Source of the DNA: an uncultured Desulfobacteraceae bacterium
GTDB taxonomy: Bacteria > Desulfobacterota > DSM-4660 > Desulfatiglandales > HGW-15
DNA length: 64,000 bases
Assembly: GCA_964418945.1 (NCBI GenBank)
Contig: CAYQNR010000004.1
Span: 2,156 to 66,155 of the forward strand
Direction: 5' to 3'
Shown: positions 18,513 through 28,063 of the stretch, piece by piece
Layout: every line of letters begins with the position of its first letter
Position numbering within the stretch: the first letter of the stretch is position 1
Position numbers and translations under genes: made by a program
The notes under the pieces: generated by a model
Seen by the model: only the letters and a program-made list of their open reading frames with translations
Database searches by the model: none
Told to the model about the DNA's origin: nothing

Positions 18513-19444
18513 TATGCCACCTCCTTTTCGGAAGTCTCTAAGCTCTTTCCCCGTGCTGCCATAAAGGCCAGGTATGCCTCCTCCAGGGTAGGGTTTTCCA
18601 GTAATCTTGCCCCTGGAGGAAGATTCCGGTCACTTGATACTGCCCGGATGGTAACTTCATTTTCCCTGTCCTCTCTTGATACTATTTCCAGATTAGCGGT
18701 AACCTGTGCCTCATCCTGATGGGGGATGGTTATTTCAAATACCGAACCTACGGCCCTTTTAATAAGTTCGGATGGACTGCCCCTGAATTCCACCTTTCCG
18801 TGATCGATCAAGGCCATATCAGAACATCCTGAACCCAGGTCCGCAACTATGTGGGTGGAAAGGAGGATAACCCGGTCCTGACCAAGCCTGGTCATTAACT
18901 GTCTGAAATTCAGACGCTCCTCAGGATCCAACCCAACTGTAGGTTCATCCACAACAAGGATCCTGGGTTCATGGACAAGGGCCTGTGCTACACCCATTCT
19001 TCTGACCATACCGCCTGAAAGTTTCTTGACTTTCCGGTCAGCCACATCGCTAAGGCCGACAGACTCAATGATTTCATCGACCCGCTTATGACGAAGAGAT
19101 TTTTCCTCAAGGCCGGAAAGGGCTGCAAGGGTATCCAGCACCTCTGCCACACGGTGCAGACGCCATGCGCTGAATTCCTGGGGCAGGTACCCTATCAGAC
19201 TTCGCACTTCCCTGCGATTATCCACCACATCATAACCACCCACAGAAACCTTCCCTTCTGTGGGGGGCAGCAGGGTACAGATGATACGCATAAGGGTGCT
19301 TTTACCGGCTCCATTAGGACCAAGCATCCCGAAAAACCCTGTACCTATCTTAAGGTCAATGCCATCAAGTGCGACAGTATCCTTTTTATAAATATGCCGG
19401 ACTCCTTCGATGGCGATATGCATCCCATTTTCAGCCTGTTCCAT
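18512..19444 (-). CDS. ABC transporter ATP-binding protein
   Basis: Walker A GPNGAGKST, signature LSGGMVRR, Walker B ILVVDEPT. Confidence 0.92.
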   Translation of the reverse strand: MEQAENGMHIAIEGVRHIYKKDTVALDGIDLKIGTGFFGMLGPNGAGKSTLMRIICTLLPPTEGKVSVGGYDVVDNRREVRSLIGYLPQEFSAWRLHRVAEVLDTLAALSGLEEKSLRHKRVDEIIESVGLSDVADRKVKKLSGGMVRRMGVAQALVHEPRILVVDEPTVGLDPEERLNFRQLMTRLGQDRVILLSTHIVADLGSGCSDMALIDHGKVEFRGSPSELIKRAVGSVFEITIPHQDEAQVTANLEIVSREDRENEVTIRAVSSDRNLPPGARLLENPTLEEAYLAFMAARGKSLETSEKEVA

Positions 19445-19546
19445 ATACCCTCCTGCCTTTTACTGTTAGACGTTTTAAGATCCCATTTGTTGTTACAAAT
19501 CTAAATAACCGGGCAAATTTAGCCATGCAACCGTTATGGAAATAGA

Positions 19547-20461
19547 TTAGAGTTTTCCGGGCGCAAAATCTCCGCTGCCGAAAGGCCGAACATCTGTAAG
19601 TATAAATGGTCTGTCAATCTTTGTAATGATTAGCGGACAGTGTGCAAGGCCTTTGGGTATCACCACTGCAGTCGGTTCGGTTATTACATGTCTTTCCATT
19701 TCCTTTCCTAAGTATAACTCAGCCTCTGCCCCCAGATAGCCTAGATTATTGGTATCTATCCCCATAAAAAAAAGGATCTCGGGTTTGGGATGGGTATGCG
19801 GCTTATCCGGTATAGGACCAAATCTGTACGGAGCTTTTTTTAAGCTCTCGCACATAATAAGAAATTCAAATTCATTCGGGTCTTTATTATAAATGAAGGC
19901 AAGTGAACCGCCTGAGTCGTCCCGGTTCTTAGGCCCATAAATCCAGGCACCTTTGCGAATGAACGCGGTATTCATAATGTGTTTCCTGTATTTGCCCGTC
20001 CATCCCATTATCGGCGCAGACTCAAAAACCTTCTTATCAAATGGCACAGACTTCTCTTTATATTCAGAAGCATATGATATTTCCATGTATATAAAACGGT
20101 TATCCATTCTTTGAATAGTAGCCGGGAAATGCGATAACCCTTTGGGAACCCAGACCGATGAAGAACTAGTAATCATATATCTTTCTCCTTCTTCGCCCAT
20201 ACAAAGCTCGACCTCAGCACCCAACTCTCCCATCTCATTTGTATCTACTCCCATAAAAAGCATTATCTGATTAAAGTCATGGGAGTGCGGGCCATAGGGT
20301 TCCTTCCCCATCTTACCAGCTGCAACAAAGGTTCCAAACTGAATATGAAAATCCAATCCAAAAGATTTCCCGTTTAGTTGAGTCACCTGCCTGTTGAGCC
20401 CGGATGTATCACCTTTAAATTTGAGTTTTTTTACATATCGACCGTATTTTGTTTTAGCCAT
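19547..20461 (-). CDS. Bicupin protein, uncharacterised family (paralogue 1 of 4)
   Basis: Two cupin modules: PHSHDFNQIMLFMGVD...VPKGLSHFP and PHTHPKPEILFFMGID...IPKGLAHCP. Confidence 0.75.
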   Translation of the reverse strand: MAKTKYGRYVKKLKFKGDTSGLNRQVTQLNGKSFGLDFHIQFGTFVAAGKMGKEPYGPHSHDFNQIMLFMGVDTNEMGELGAEVELCMGEEGERYMITSSSSVWVPKGLSHFPATIQRMDNRFIYMEISYASEYKEKSVPFDKKVFESAPIMGWTGKYRKHIMNTAFIRKGAWIYGPKNRDDSGGSLAFIYNKDPNEFEFLIMCESLKKAPYRFGPIPDKPHTHPKPEILFFMGIDTNNLGYLGAEAELYLGKEMERHVITEPTAVVIPKGLAHCPLIITKIDRPFILTDVRPFGSGDFAPGKL

Positions 20462-20560
20462 TTCTAATATCCTTTATAAATAAGAAGTAATATTTAAAAC
20501 CATCAGGTAAAAATATAATTAAATACATTATTCCCTGCATTATTTCAACCTCATTTTTGT

Positions 20561-20949
20561 GGGTCATCCGGTTAATGAGTACGTAAAGAAGTAAATGAGG
20601 GTCCAAGGCCCTTCAACGGTGCTCAGGGCCGTGAGCGTGTCGAACGGGTTATAGGGTTCAAGGGGTCGAGGGGGCAAGTATACTAATAAAGTCTATTAGG
20701 CTGAAGGCTGTTAGGTTTTAGCTGTTAGCTTTTACCCTAACCCTTAATCCTTAATCCCTATTTGATATTAACCAGTTGACTATTTAACGAATCGACTATT
20801 TAACCATTATGCTATGAACTATGCTTGCCCCGTTAAATGCCTTTTAATTCATATTTAACTGGGGAGCTATGAGCTGATTTCCCCCATGGCCCATATAGCA
20901 CAAAATATTTAGATATCATTAACTAGCGTACTCATTAACCGGATGAACC
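20561..20949. mobile_element. MITE-like element, copy A (inverted relative to copies B-D)
   Basis: Terminal inverted repeats GGGTCATCCGGTTAATGAGTACG ... CGTACTCATTAACCGGATGAACC. TTTTTGT flanks both sides. It carries REP-like and low-complexity cargo. Confidence 0.7.
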
Positions 20950-21042
20950 GTTTTTGTTATAGATCAGGGTGAATTATGATGTGGAATATCCTTTCGAAGA
21001 TCCTGATCTTTTGACCCACAATGTTACACGTGTCATTTTGTC

Positions 21043-21100
21043 TTGACACACCAGGGCTATCTTCCTATGCTAATTCTCTGAAAAAGCCAGTTCTTATCAA
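21043..21100 (+). promoter_or_regulatory. Promoter plus leader box (copy P1)
   Basis: TTGACA, 17-nt spacer, TATGCT, 9 nt, then AAAAAGCCAGTTCTTATCAA. Confidence 0.65.
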
Positions 21101-21125
21101 CTATCACATAATAGGAGGGACCAAA

Positions 21126-21719
21126 ATGCGAAAAGGGATGGGAACATTATTGAGTGTTATCGCAGCTTCATCAGTGATGATGATTATGTCCTGCACGCCT
21201 GCCGCCGACCCCAACGTCAGCAGTTACGCTGAAGACCGTGCCCAGATCGAAGACCTTCAGGCCCGTTATATGTTTGCCCTGGATTTCGGCGATGTTGACA
21301 CCTATCTATCGACATTCACTGAGGATGGTATCCTGGATATCGTAGGCATGAAATGGCAGGGTCACGACGAAATCCGAGAAATCATTGGAGGCATGTCTGA
21401 AAACGCTCCCGAAGGCGAAGAGGAACCTGCCGCAGAAGACGAACCTGCCGCAGAAGAGCAAGAGGAGCTGTATCCTGCTACGGGTCGCCACAACATCACC
21501 AACATAGTGCTGAAAATCGATGGAGACAGGGCAGAAGGAAGAGCCTACTGGTTCCACTATGGAAACGATAATCCCGAGCGAAGTGCACAAATCAATTCGT
21601 ACGGACACTATGAGGATGAATTGGTTAAGGTGGACGGCCAATGGCTGTTCAGCAAACGCGTCATTTACAACGAACAGGTGGCCGAATGGATCGGTCCTAC
21701 TGAAAATCCGTGCTGGTAA
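21126..21719 (+). CDS. SnoaL/NTF2-like lipoprotein with an acidic insert
   Basis: Start moved to ATG 21126 (AGGAGGG upstream; lipobox IMSC). SnoaL_4-like DRAQIEDLQARYMFALD...GRHNITNIV... pattern. Confidence 0.75.
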   Translation: MRKGMGTLLSVIAASSVMMIMSCTPAADPNVSSYAEDRAQIEDLQARYMFALDFGDVDTYLSTFTEDGILDIVGMKWQGHDEIREIIGGMSENAPEGEEEPAAEDEPAAEEQEELYPATGRHNITNIVLKIDGDRAEGRAYWFHYGNDNPERSAQINSYGHYEDELVKVDGQWLFSKRVIYNEQVAEWIGPTENPCW

Positions 21720-21768
21720 GTATCATTGATGAAGCTTTTGGACTCCAAGATTTAAAAGGCCCGACGAC

Positions 21769-21796
21769 CTGGACACCCATGAATGGGTGTCCAGGT
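21769..21796 (+). terminator. Perfect 12-bp hairpin after the SnoaL-like gene
   Basis: CCTGGACACCCA-tgaa-TGGGTGTCCAGG. The T-tract is weak. Confidence 0.45.
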
Positions 21797-21991
21797 ATTA
21801 AACACGGAAACTATCCGTTTATTTCACTCCAAGCGGGTTGTGCAATTCGGCGAGTGGCCTTGTGAAGATGCACTCAAGGAAGGCGTCTATCGGCATTTGG
21901 TCTTAAGCACAACCAAATACTGTCTCGACTAGTCATCTTCTCAATCTCCCCATATAGTTTCTTCCCACATTATCATGTGTCTATTATCACT

Positions 21992-22048
21992 TTGACACCC
22001 AAGGGTAAAACTTCTATACTCCGTTCCCAAAAAAGCGAGTTCTTATCA
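21992..22048 (+). promoter_or_regulatory. Promoter plus leader box (copy P2)
   Basis: TTGACA, 17-nt spacer, TATACT, 8 nt, then AAAAAAGCGAGTTCTTATCA. ATG 22065 follows. Confidence 0.7.
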
Positions 22049-22064
22049 CCTAAGGGAGAAATCA

Positions 22065-23996
22065 ATGAAAAGAAAATTTCCTAACCTGTTCAGTCCATTA
22101 AAAGTGGGCAATGTTACTTTAAAGAATCGTATAATATCTGCACCGATGACATTCCCCATACTGACTGCTAACAGTTGTCTGACTCCAGAAGCGAACGCAT
22201 TTTATGAGCTGCGTGCAAAGGGAGGGGCAGCGGTCGTGACAGTAAGCGAATTAATAGTTCACAGCGCAACAGGCAAGTACTATCCTGTCCAGGTTCTTAT
22301 GGATGCCCCGAATGCCAAAGACAGCCTTGCAACCGCGGCGCGCGCGGTTAAGCGTCACGGGGCCATACCCAGTATGGAACTATCTCATGGCGGGAAATAT
22401 TCCCTGACAAACGCAGAGAATCCTGTCAGTTATGGCCCCAGTGATGAGTTCTCAGACGGGATTCAGTTTGCCCGTGAAATGCCCCGAGAAATTGTAGAAC
22501 AGATCATTGAAGCCTATGGGAAAGCTGCGTTATTGTGCAAAGCGGCAGGTTTTGAAATGTTGCTTATACATGCGGGACATGGGTGGCTTCTTCAACAGTT
22601 TCTGTCTCCGGCAAGCAACAAAAGGACGGATGAATACGGCGGAAGCTTGGAGAACAGAGCCCGTCTGGCACTTGAAGTCATTGATAAAGTACGTTCTGTT
22701 GTCGGACCCGGATTTCCTCTTGAACTGAGAATGAGCGCTGAGGAGTACCTGGATGACGGCTATTCCTTTGATGAAGCAATTCAATTCGCGAAACTTGCAG
22801 AAAGCAAAATTGATCTGCTCCAGGTCTCTACAGGATCTCATGAGGGAAGCTTTGAAAAGACACATCCTTCAGCATTTATGGAACGCGGTGTAAATGTGCA
22901 TTATGCTGAAAAAATAAAAAAGAATGTTTCTATCCCAGTATCTACTATCGGCGCATTGAATGAGCCTGAAATGATGGAAGATATAATCACAACAAGCAAG
23001 GCTGATGCGGTTGTAATGGCAAGGGCACTTCTGGCAGATCCCTATCTGCCGAAAAAGGCATTCATGGGTAAAGACGAAGAGATAGTCCGCTGTTACAGAT
23101 GCTTTGTCTGCATGGGCGAACGCATGAACACAGGTTTGCGTATTTGCGCATTGAATCCGGTTATAGGCAGTGAATATGAAGCTAATTTTATTCATTCTAC
23201 AGTCAAACCAAAGAATCTTCTCATAGCGGGTGGAGGTCCCGCAGGGATGCAGGCAGCTATAACAGCCGCCGAACGCGGACACAATGTAATACTCTGTGAG
23301 AAAAGTGATGAGCTAGGAGGTGCGCTCAAAGCAGTGAAAGGAATCCCGTTTAAGAAGGATCTATTCAAATTCATTGCCACAAAAACCCTTCTAATGGAAA
23401 AAGCAGGAGTCGATGTACGATTGAATACAGAGGTTACATCTGATCTTGTAGAAAGCATTGAGCCTGATGTTCTCATTATTGCTGTCGGAGCTGAGCCGAT
23501 CATTCCATCCATGCCGGGTATTAATGGCTCTAATGTAATTATAGCTAATGATCTTCCTGATCAATATGATAAGATTGGTCATAAGGTCGTTGTGCTCGGC
23601 GGCGGACTTGTGGGATGTGAGACAGCAGTACACATGGCACAGGAAGGCAAAGACGTAACTGTCATTGAGATGCTGCACGAAGTCTGCCCAGACGCCAATC
23701 CACGTTACAGGCCTTTGCTTCTTGATCAGCTTGAAAAGCACGTTACCTGCAGGACTGACATGCGTGGCATTTGCATCACAGAAGAGGGACTTGTATGTGC
23801 TGATACAGATAGTAATGAAATTCTTTTTGATGCTGGTACGATCATTTGTGCTGTAGGGCAGAAACCGCTTCGCAGCGTTGTGGATAAACTTCGCAACTGC
23901 GCGCCTGAAGTAATTGAGATCGGCGACTGCGTAAAGCCCGGTCATGTAACCGAGGCAGTGTTCCGCGGATACTGGGCAGGGATTGATATTGAATGA
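22065..23996 (+). CDS. OYE-like FMN / Fe-S / FAD-NAD(P) oxidoreductase (2,4-dienoyl-CoA / enoate reductase family)
   Basis: N-terminal TIM-barrel OYE pattern, Cys cluster CYRCFVCMGERMNTGLRIC, and a GGGPAG dinucleotide fold. Confidence 0.88.
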   Translation: MKRKFPNLFSPLKVGNVTLKNRIISAPMTFPILTANSCLTPEANAFYELRAKGGAAVVTVSELIVHSATGKYYPVQVLMDAPNAKDSLATAARAVKRHGAIPSMELSHGGKYSLTNAENPVSYGPSDEFSDGIQFAREMPREIVEQIIEAYGKAALLCKAAGFEMLLIHAGHGWLLQQFLSPASNKRTDEYGGSLENRARLALEVIDKVRSVVGPGFPLELRMSAEEYLDDGYSFDEAIQFAKLAESKIDLLQVSTGSHEGSFEKTHPSAFMERGVNVHYAEKIKKNVSIPVSTIGALNEPEMMEDIITTSKADAVVMARALLADPYLPKKAFMGKDEEIVRCYRCFVCMGERMNTGLRICALNPVIGSEYEANFIHSTVKPKNLLIAGGGPAGMQAAITAAERGHNVILCEKSDELGGALKAVKGIPFKKDLFKFIATKTLLMEKAGVDVRLNTEVTSDLVESIEPDVLIIAVGAEPIIPSMPGINGSNVIIANDLPDQYDKIGHKVVVLGGGLVGCETAVHMAQEGKDVTVIEMLHEVCPDANPRYRPLLLDQLEKHVTCRTDMRGICITEEGLVCADTDSNEILFDAGTIICAVGQKPLRSVVDKLRNCAPEVIEIGDCVKPGHVTEAVFRGYWAGIDIE

Positions 23997-24054
23997 AGAA
24001 TAGTCAATCACAGGTCCCTTAAATCAAGAAAGAAAAATCATTCGATGCTCTGGA

Positions 24055-24400
24055 ATGGCCCTGCCAAAAAGCGACGGGATGGAGGCACTTGCCTCCATGC
24101 CTGGCGAGGCGAAGCTGTGCGAAGACTGCTGTTCTCATATTCCCAATAGGGGAAAACAGATGGTCAGCTATTATGGCTGTTATAATAATGTGAGTCGCGG
24201 AAAACGGAAAAATCAGGACCAGGACAAACTAATCCCCTCCAGCTTGGAACCGGATGAATCATTAAGAAAACCCTTAAGAACCGGTCAAGGCTGATTGAAA
24301 AGATCTAGGAAGAGTACCCGCTGACTTGCCTAAAACGTTCTTCTGCCAAATCTTCCGGTCTTGCTCATAATGCCCAGCACATTATTTTACTTTGATCTGT
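24055..24400 (+). pseudogene. IS91-family transposase C-terminal remnant
   Basis: ...HIPNRGKQMVSYYGCYNNVSRGKRK resembles the IS91 C-terminal region. Homology continues in another frame with an internal stop (RLIEKI*EEYPLTCLK). Confidence 0.5.
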
Positions 24401-24738
24401 GATGGATCCGATATCTTAATAGACCCGCCGCCGTTTGGATTTTCATGGATTTCCCCGGTGACACAAATCGTCTTACCTACATACAAATCCTCATCCAAAT
24501 CACCTTTAATCGAATCATCCACTTCTATTCCCACAGCGCTCGGCTCCATTACCGCTGCTCCCATACCAAGAATTGTCATTCCTGAATAGGGCAAAGTGTC
24601 AACGATTTTTCCGCAAACGGTTGCCTTTTCACCCATGTGGTTCGCAGCTTCATCCCAATTGTATTCTGCAGCAAATGAAACAAAGGCTGAGAAGAAAACA
24701 AAAACAAACACCAAGCCAAGACACAATACTTTTTTCAT
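24382..24738 (-). CDS. Small exported protein of unknown function
   Basis: Signal peptide MKKVLCLGLVFVFVFFSAFVSFA. AAGGAGG lies upstream of ATG 24738. Confidence 0.6.
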   Translation of the reverse strand: MKKVLCLGLVFVFVFFSAFVSFAAEYNWDEAANHMGEKATVCGKIVDTLPYSGMTILGMGAAVMEPSAVGIEVDDSIKGDLDEDLYVGKTICVTGEIHENPNGGGSIKISDPSQIKVK

Positions 24739-24890
24739 AATAACCATACCTCCTTAATTAGATTAATGGTTCATCGTGCAATCAACACACCACTGCACAT
24801 CTCTGAATACAACCCCAAACAACACCTTCTGTCCAAAACGGTGGGGATTAAGACACATTAAAGATATAAAAATCGAACTACAAACTGATC

Positions 24891-26990
24891 CTATATCTGA
24901 TTACCAATTCTCCAGCCTGCGGCGATTGCATCAGGTATTATCGCGGGATCATCGCAGTCACCGATTGCGTAGAGCTCTGGCACCTTTCCTTGAAGTTCTT
25001 CATATAAGCCGACATTTCGCGCAAATCCAATAGGTATGATATGATCTGCTGCTAATGTTTTTTCCTCACCTTCTTTAGTGATTATTTTTAATCCTTCTTT
25101 ATTGATTTCGACCAGTTTAACTCCTGCATATGTTTTAACACCCTTTTTCCTGAACCATATTAACAGACGATTTGTAAATTCGGGGATAAGCATGTCTCCA
25201 AGCTCATCACTGGGTTCAACTATGGTTACCTTTCGCCTTCTTTTAGCCATGAATTCACCTAACTCACATCCCTGAATGGCGCCACCTATTATAACAACCC
25301 TTTTCCCGATAGGCTTAAAGGGATTCCATCCAGCGGGAGTCCATATTTTAGTAAACCAATTTGCGAAACTCGGACTAAAGAATCTGAGAACAAATTTTAC
25401 TAACCTATACAGAGTAGTTGTTTTAATGACATTAGGGCTGTCAAGTCCCGGTATATCCGGATACTTTGGCACAGCTCCCAATGCAACAACCACGGCATCC
25501 GGTTTCTCTGCGAGTATTTTAGACGAATCAGGCATTTTTCTCAGATGGACCTTAACTCCAAGCTTTTTAAGCTGGGTCTTAAACCACTTTACGATTTCTG
25601 GAAGGTCTTCGAGCTCAGTACCTTTTATAGCTGCTGCACATGGTAAATTTCCACCCAGGTATGGTTCCATTTCATACAATGTCACATCATGGCCTCTGAT
25701 GGCACTGATTCTGGCTGTCTGCATCCCAGCGGGCCCGCCGCCGATCACTACTACTTTTTTCTTTTTGTCTGCTTTGTCCACTTCGTACTTATCAGTGCCG
25801 AAAGACGCATTTATACGGCATTCCCTAGGTTCATTATATATTTTGGCGCAGTTAACGCAATGGGTACACGGCACTATATCTTCAAGACGGCCTTCTCTTG
25901 CCTTGTTTGCATACTGCGGATCCGCAAACACTCGCCTGTTAAAACCGATAATGTCAGCCTGGCCTTTTTGAAGGACCATTTCCGCGGTATCAGCGGTGAA
26001 TCCGCCTGTAGTCATAATGGTTGGCTTGGTGACAGTATTTTTAATTACTGCGGAAGACGGTACGGTGATCAGATCCCCATAATTGCTAAAGTCCATCTCC
26101 TCTGGTAGATCTTCCTTGGGAATGCAAAGTTCAGGGTACCAGAGTACATTATGAAGGTAAGAACCCTGGTGATGCCCAACCAGATGATTCCTGACCTGCA
26201 AAGAATCAACACCGATTGATTCGTATATCTTCGCAATCTCAATACCTTCTTCCCAGGTTATTCCCTGATCGCCTAAACCAAATTCATAGGCGTTCATAAG
26301 TACCTGGACCGGCCAGTCTTCTCCACACCGTTTCTTGATCTCTTTTACGGTGTTAACAACGAATCTCATCCTATTTTCCCACGACTGTGGGCCGTATTCA
26401 TCATCACGCCTGTTCCAGTAACGTGAAATAAAGGTATGGAAAAGATGATCAGCACCGGCGTTTATTTCAACACCATCAAAACCGGCCTTTTGGACTCGTA
26501 CCGCACAGCTGGCGAAATGGTCGACCAACCATTCTATCTCTTCAACGCTTAATGCCCTTGGCGGCTCTTCTTCATGAACGTCATATTCCGATGTGAAATG
26601 AACAGCTGAAGAGGCAACACGATCTGCTATGAATTGATATTCCTTCCCCCACGGGCCGCGGTGATAGAATTGAACAAATGCCTTACAATCGTGTTTATGA
26701 ATAGCTGCAGTTAACTCAGAGATATTGTCTATATACATGTCATTATCAACGCGAAACCTGCGATCGCCTTCTTCGAGCAACGGCCATTCCATGGCAGGTG
26801 TTTCAACTATAATAAGACCGACACCGCCTTTAGCTACAGCTTCATAGAATGCCAAGGCGAGGCTGCCGACACGCTTCTCTCCTGATTCGAAAAAATATGT
26901 CTGTGCTGCCGTTTTAACAAACCTGTTTTTTAATTGAACCTTTCCTATATGATATGGTGAAAAAAGTTTTTCGTATTTATTCCTTGCCAC
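24891..26990 (-). CDS. OYE-like FMN / Fe-S / FAD-NAD(P) oxidoreductase, paralogue 2
   Basis: OYE N-terminal domain, CTHCVNCAKIYNEPREC cluster, and GGGPAG fold. GTG start with GGAGGA upstream. Confidence 0.88.
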   Translation of the reverse strand: MARNKYEKLFSPYHIGKVQLKNRFVKTAAQTYFFESGEKRVGSLALAFYEAVAKGGVGLIIVETPAMEWPLLEEGDRRFRVDNDMYIDNISELTAAIHKHDCKAFVQFYHRGPWGKEYQFIADRVASSAVHFTSEYDVHEEEPPRALSVEEIEWLVDHFASCAVRVQKAGFDGVEINAGADHLFHTFISRYWNRRDDEYGPQSWENRMRFVVNTVKEIKKRCGEDWPVQVLMNAYEFGLGDQGITWEEGIEIAKIYESIGVDSLQVRNHLVGHHQGSYLHNVLWYPELCIPKEDLPEEMDFSNYGDLITVPSSAVIKNTVTKPTIMTTGGFTADTAEMVLQKGQADIIGFNRRVFADPQYANKAREGRLEDIVPCTHCVNCAKIYNEPRECRINASFGTDKYEVDKADKKKKVVVIGGGPAGMQTARISAIRGHDVTLYEMEPYLGGNLPCAAAIKGTELEDLPEIVKWFKTQLKKLGVKVHLRKMPDSSKILAEKPDAVVVALGAVPKYPDIPGLDSPNVIKTTTLYRLVKFVLRFFSPSFANWFTKIWTPAGWNPFKPIGKRVVIIGGAIQGCELGEFMAKRRRKVTIVEPSDELGDMLIPEFTNRLLIWFRKKGVKTYAGVKLVEINKEGLKIITKEGEEKTLAADHIIPIGFARNVGLYEELQGKVPELYAIGDCDDPAIIPDAIAAGWRIGNQI

Positions 26991-27384
26991 TGTTATCCTC
27001 CGATATAATTTCAGTTCATTTATCTAAAAATTAGATTACTTTTAAGTACTTTTTACAATTGAATACCTGCTGACACCGTACCCGAATTGAAATGCTCTGG
27101 CACGTTGAGATATTATATAGAAATTAAGCGGTCCGTGATTATTTTACAACGCCTCGGTTTAGAAAACGCCGGTCAACTAAACTCAATGATATGCTGTATG
27201 GAAAAAACTAATATCATCCAGATTCAATATTTAGCTGTCATAAATAGGAATAACAAAGAGATAAGTCAATAGAAAATCCATGATTTTGTCCATTTTTTTG
27301 TGACATTTCATAAGCAGATACAAGATTCCCATATCCCCGCCTCTGCCCGGTACATTTAGCTGGTTTTAAAGGACTTCTTTTTGA

Positions 27385-27510
27385 GGTTAATCCGTTTAAT
27401 GAGTACGCTAGTTAATGATATCTAAGTATTTTGCCCTATATGGGCCATTAAGCTGTTCATAATAAGGTTTAATATTTTACTTCTTTACGTAGTCCTTAAC
27501 CGAATGGACC
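27385..27510. mobile_element. MITE-like element, copy B (minimal 126-bp form)
   Basis: Carries the same TIR family (GGTTAATCCGTTTAATGAGTACG ... CGTAGTCCTTAACCGAATGGACC). The internal sequence equals the ends of copy C without the nested insert. Confidence 0.7.
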
Positions 27511-27734
27511 TTTTTTATATTCATAAATGATATCCATATGAAGAAGAATTATACCTAATTTCATTCAATAAGGCGTTATAACATGTCACTACCATAAATA
27601 TTGTATAACTGATTCTATTAGATGTGGATGTATAAATAATATAAAGAAAATAGGCAAGAAAAATCAATTTTTGTCACGCAAGAATAACGGTACTGTATCA
27701 TAAGTGTTCACTAAGCACTTCCTTAAAAAACGAC

Positions 27735-27790
27735 TTTACAATTAAACATTCATTCACTATGATGTTGCCGGTTGATGCGGTCCTCATCAA
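27735..27790 (+). promoter_or_regulatory. Promoter plus diverged leader box (copy P7)
   Basis: TTTACA, 17-nt spacer, TATGAT, 8 nt, then TTGATGCGGTCCTCATCAA, which is itself an inverted repeat. Confidence 0.45.
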
Positions 27791-28063
27791 TTGGTTTATA
27801 TATCTAACATAATTAGGTTCTAAAGATGATCTGTATTGAAAGAACACTAAAATTGATGAGCTGATTGATGAGTCCTAAATTAAGACAACACAGCTAACTG
27901 ATCCTTCACAGATTACCGAACGTTGATGAAAATCCATTGTAATCAAACCGAGGATTAGCCCGCAGAGTCTAAAATATGCCTGTTCTTTGATTACGTTCGG
28001 TATAAAAGAGTTTCAGGGAGTTCAAGACGGAAAGGGAGAATAATCATCAACTCCGATGAAGTA

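Noticed and set aside
27087-27272. 61-aa ORF in the AT-rich 1-kb gap
   Set aside because: It has no RBS and a low-complexity AT-driven composition, and it lies in a region populated by repeats.
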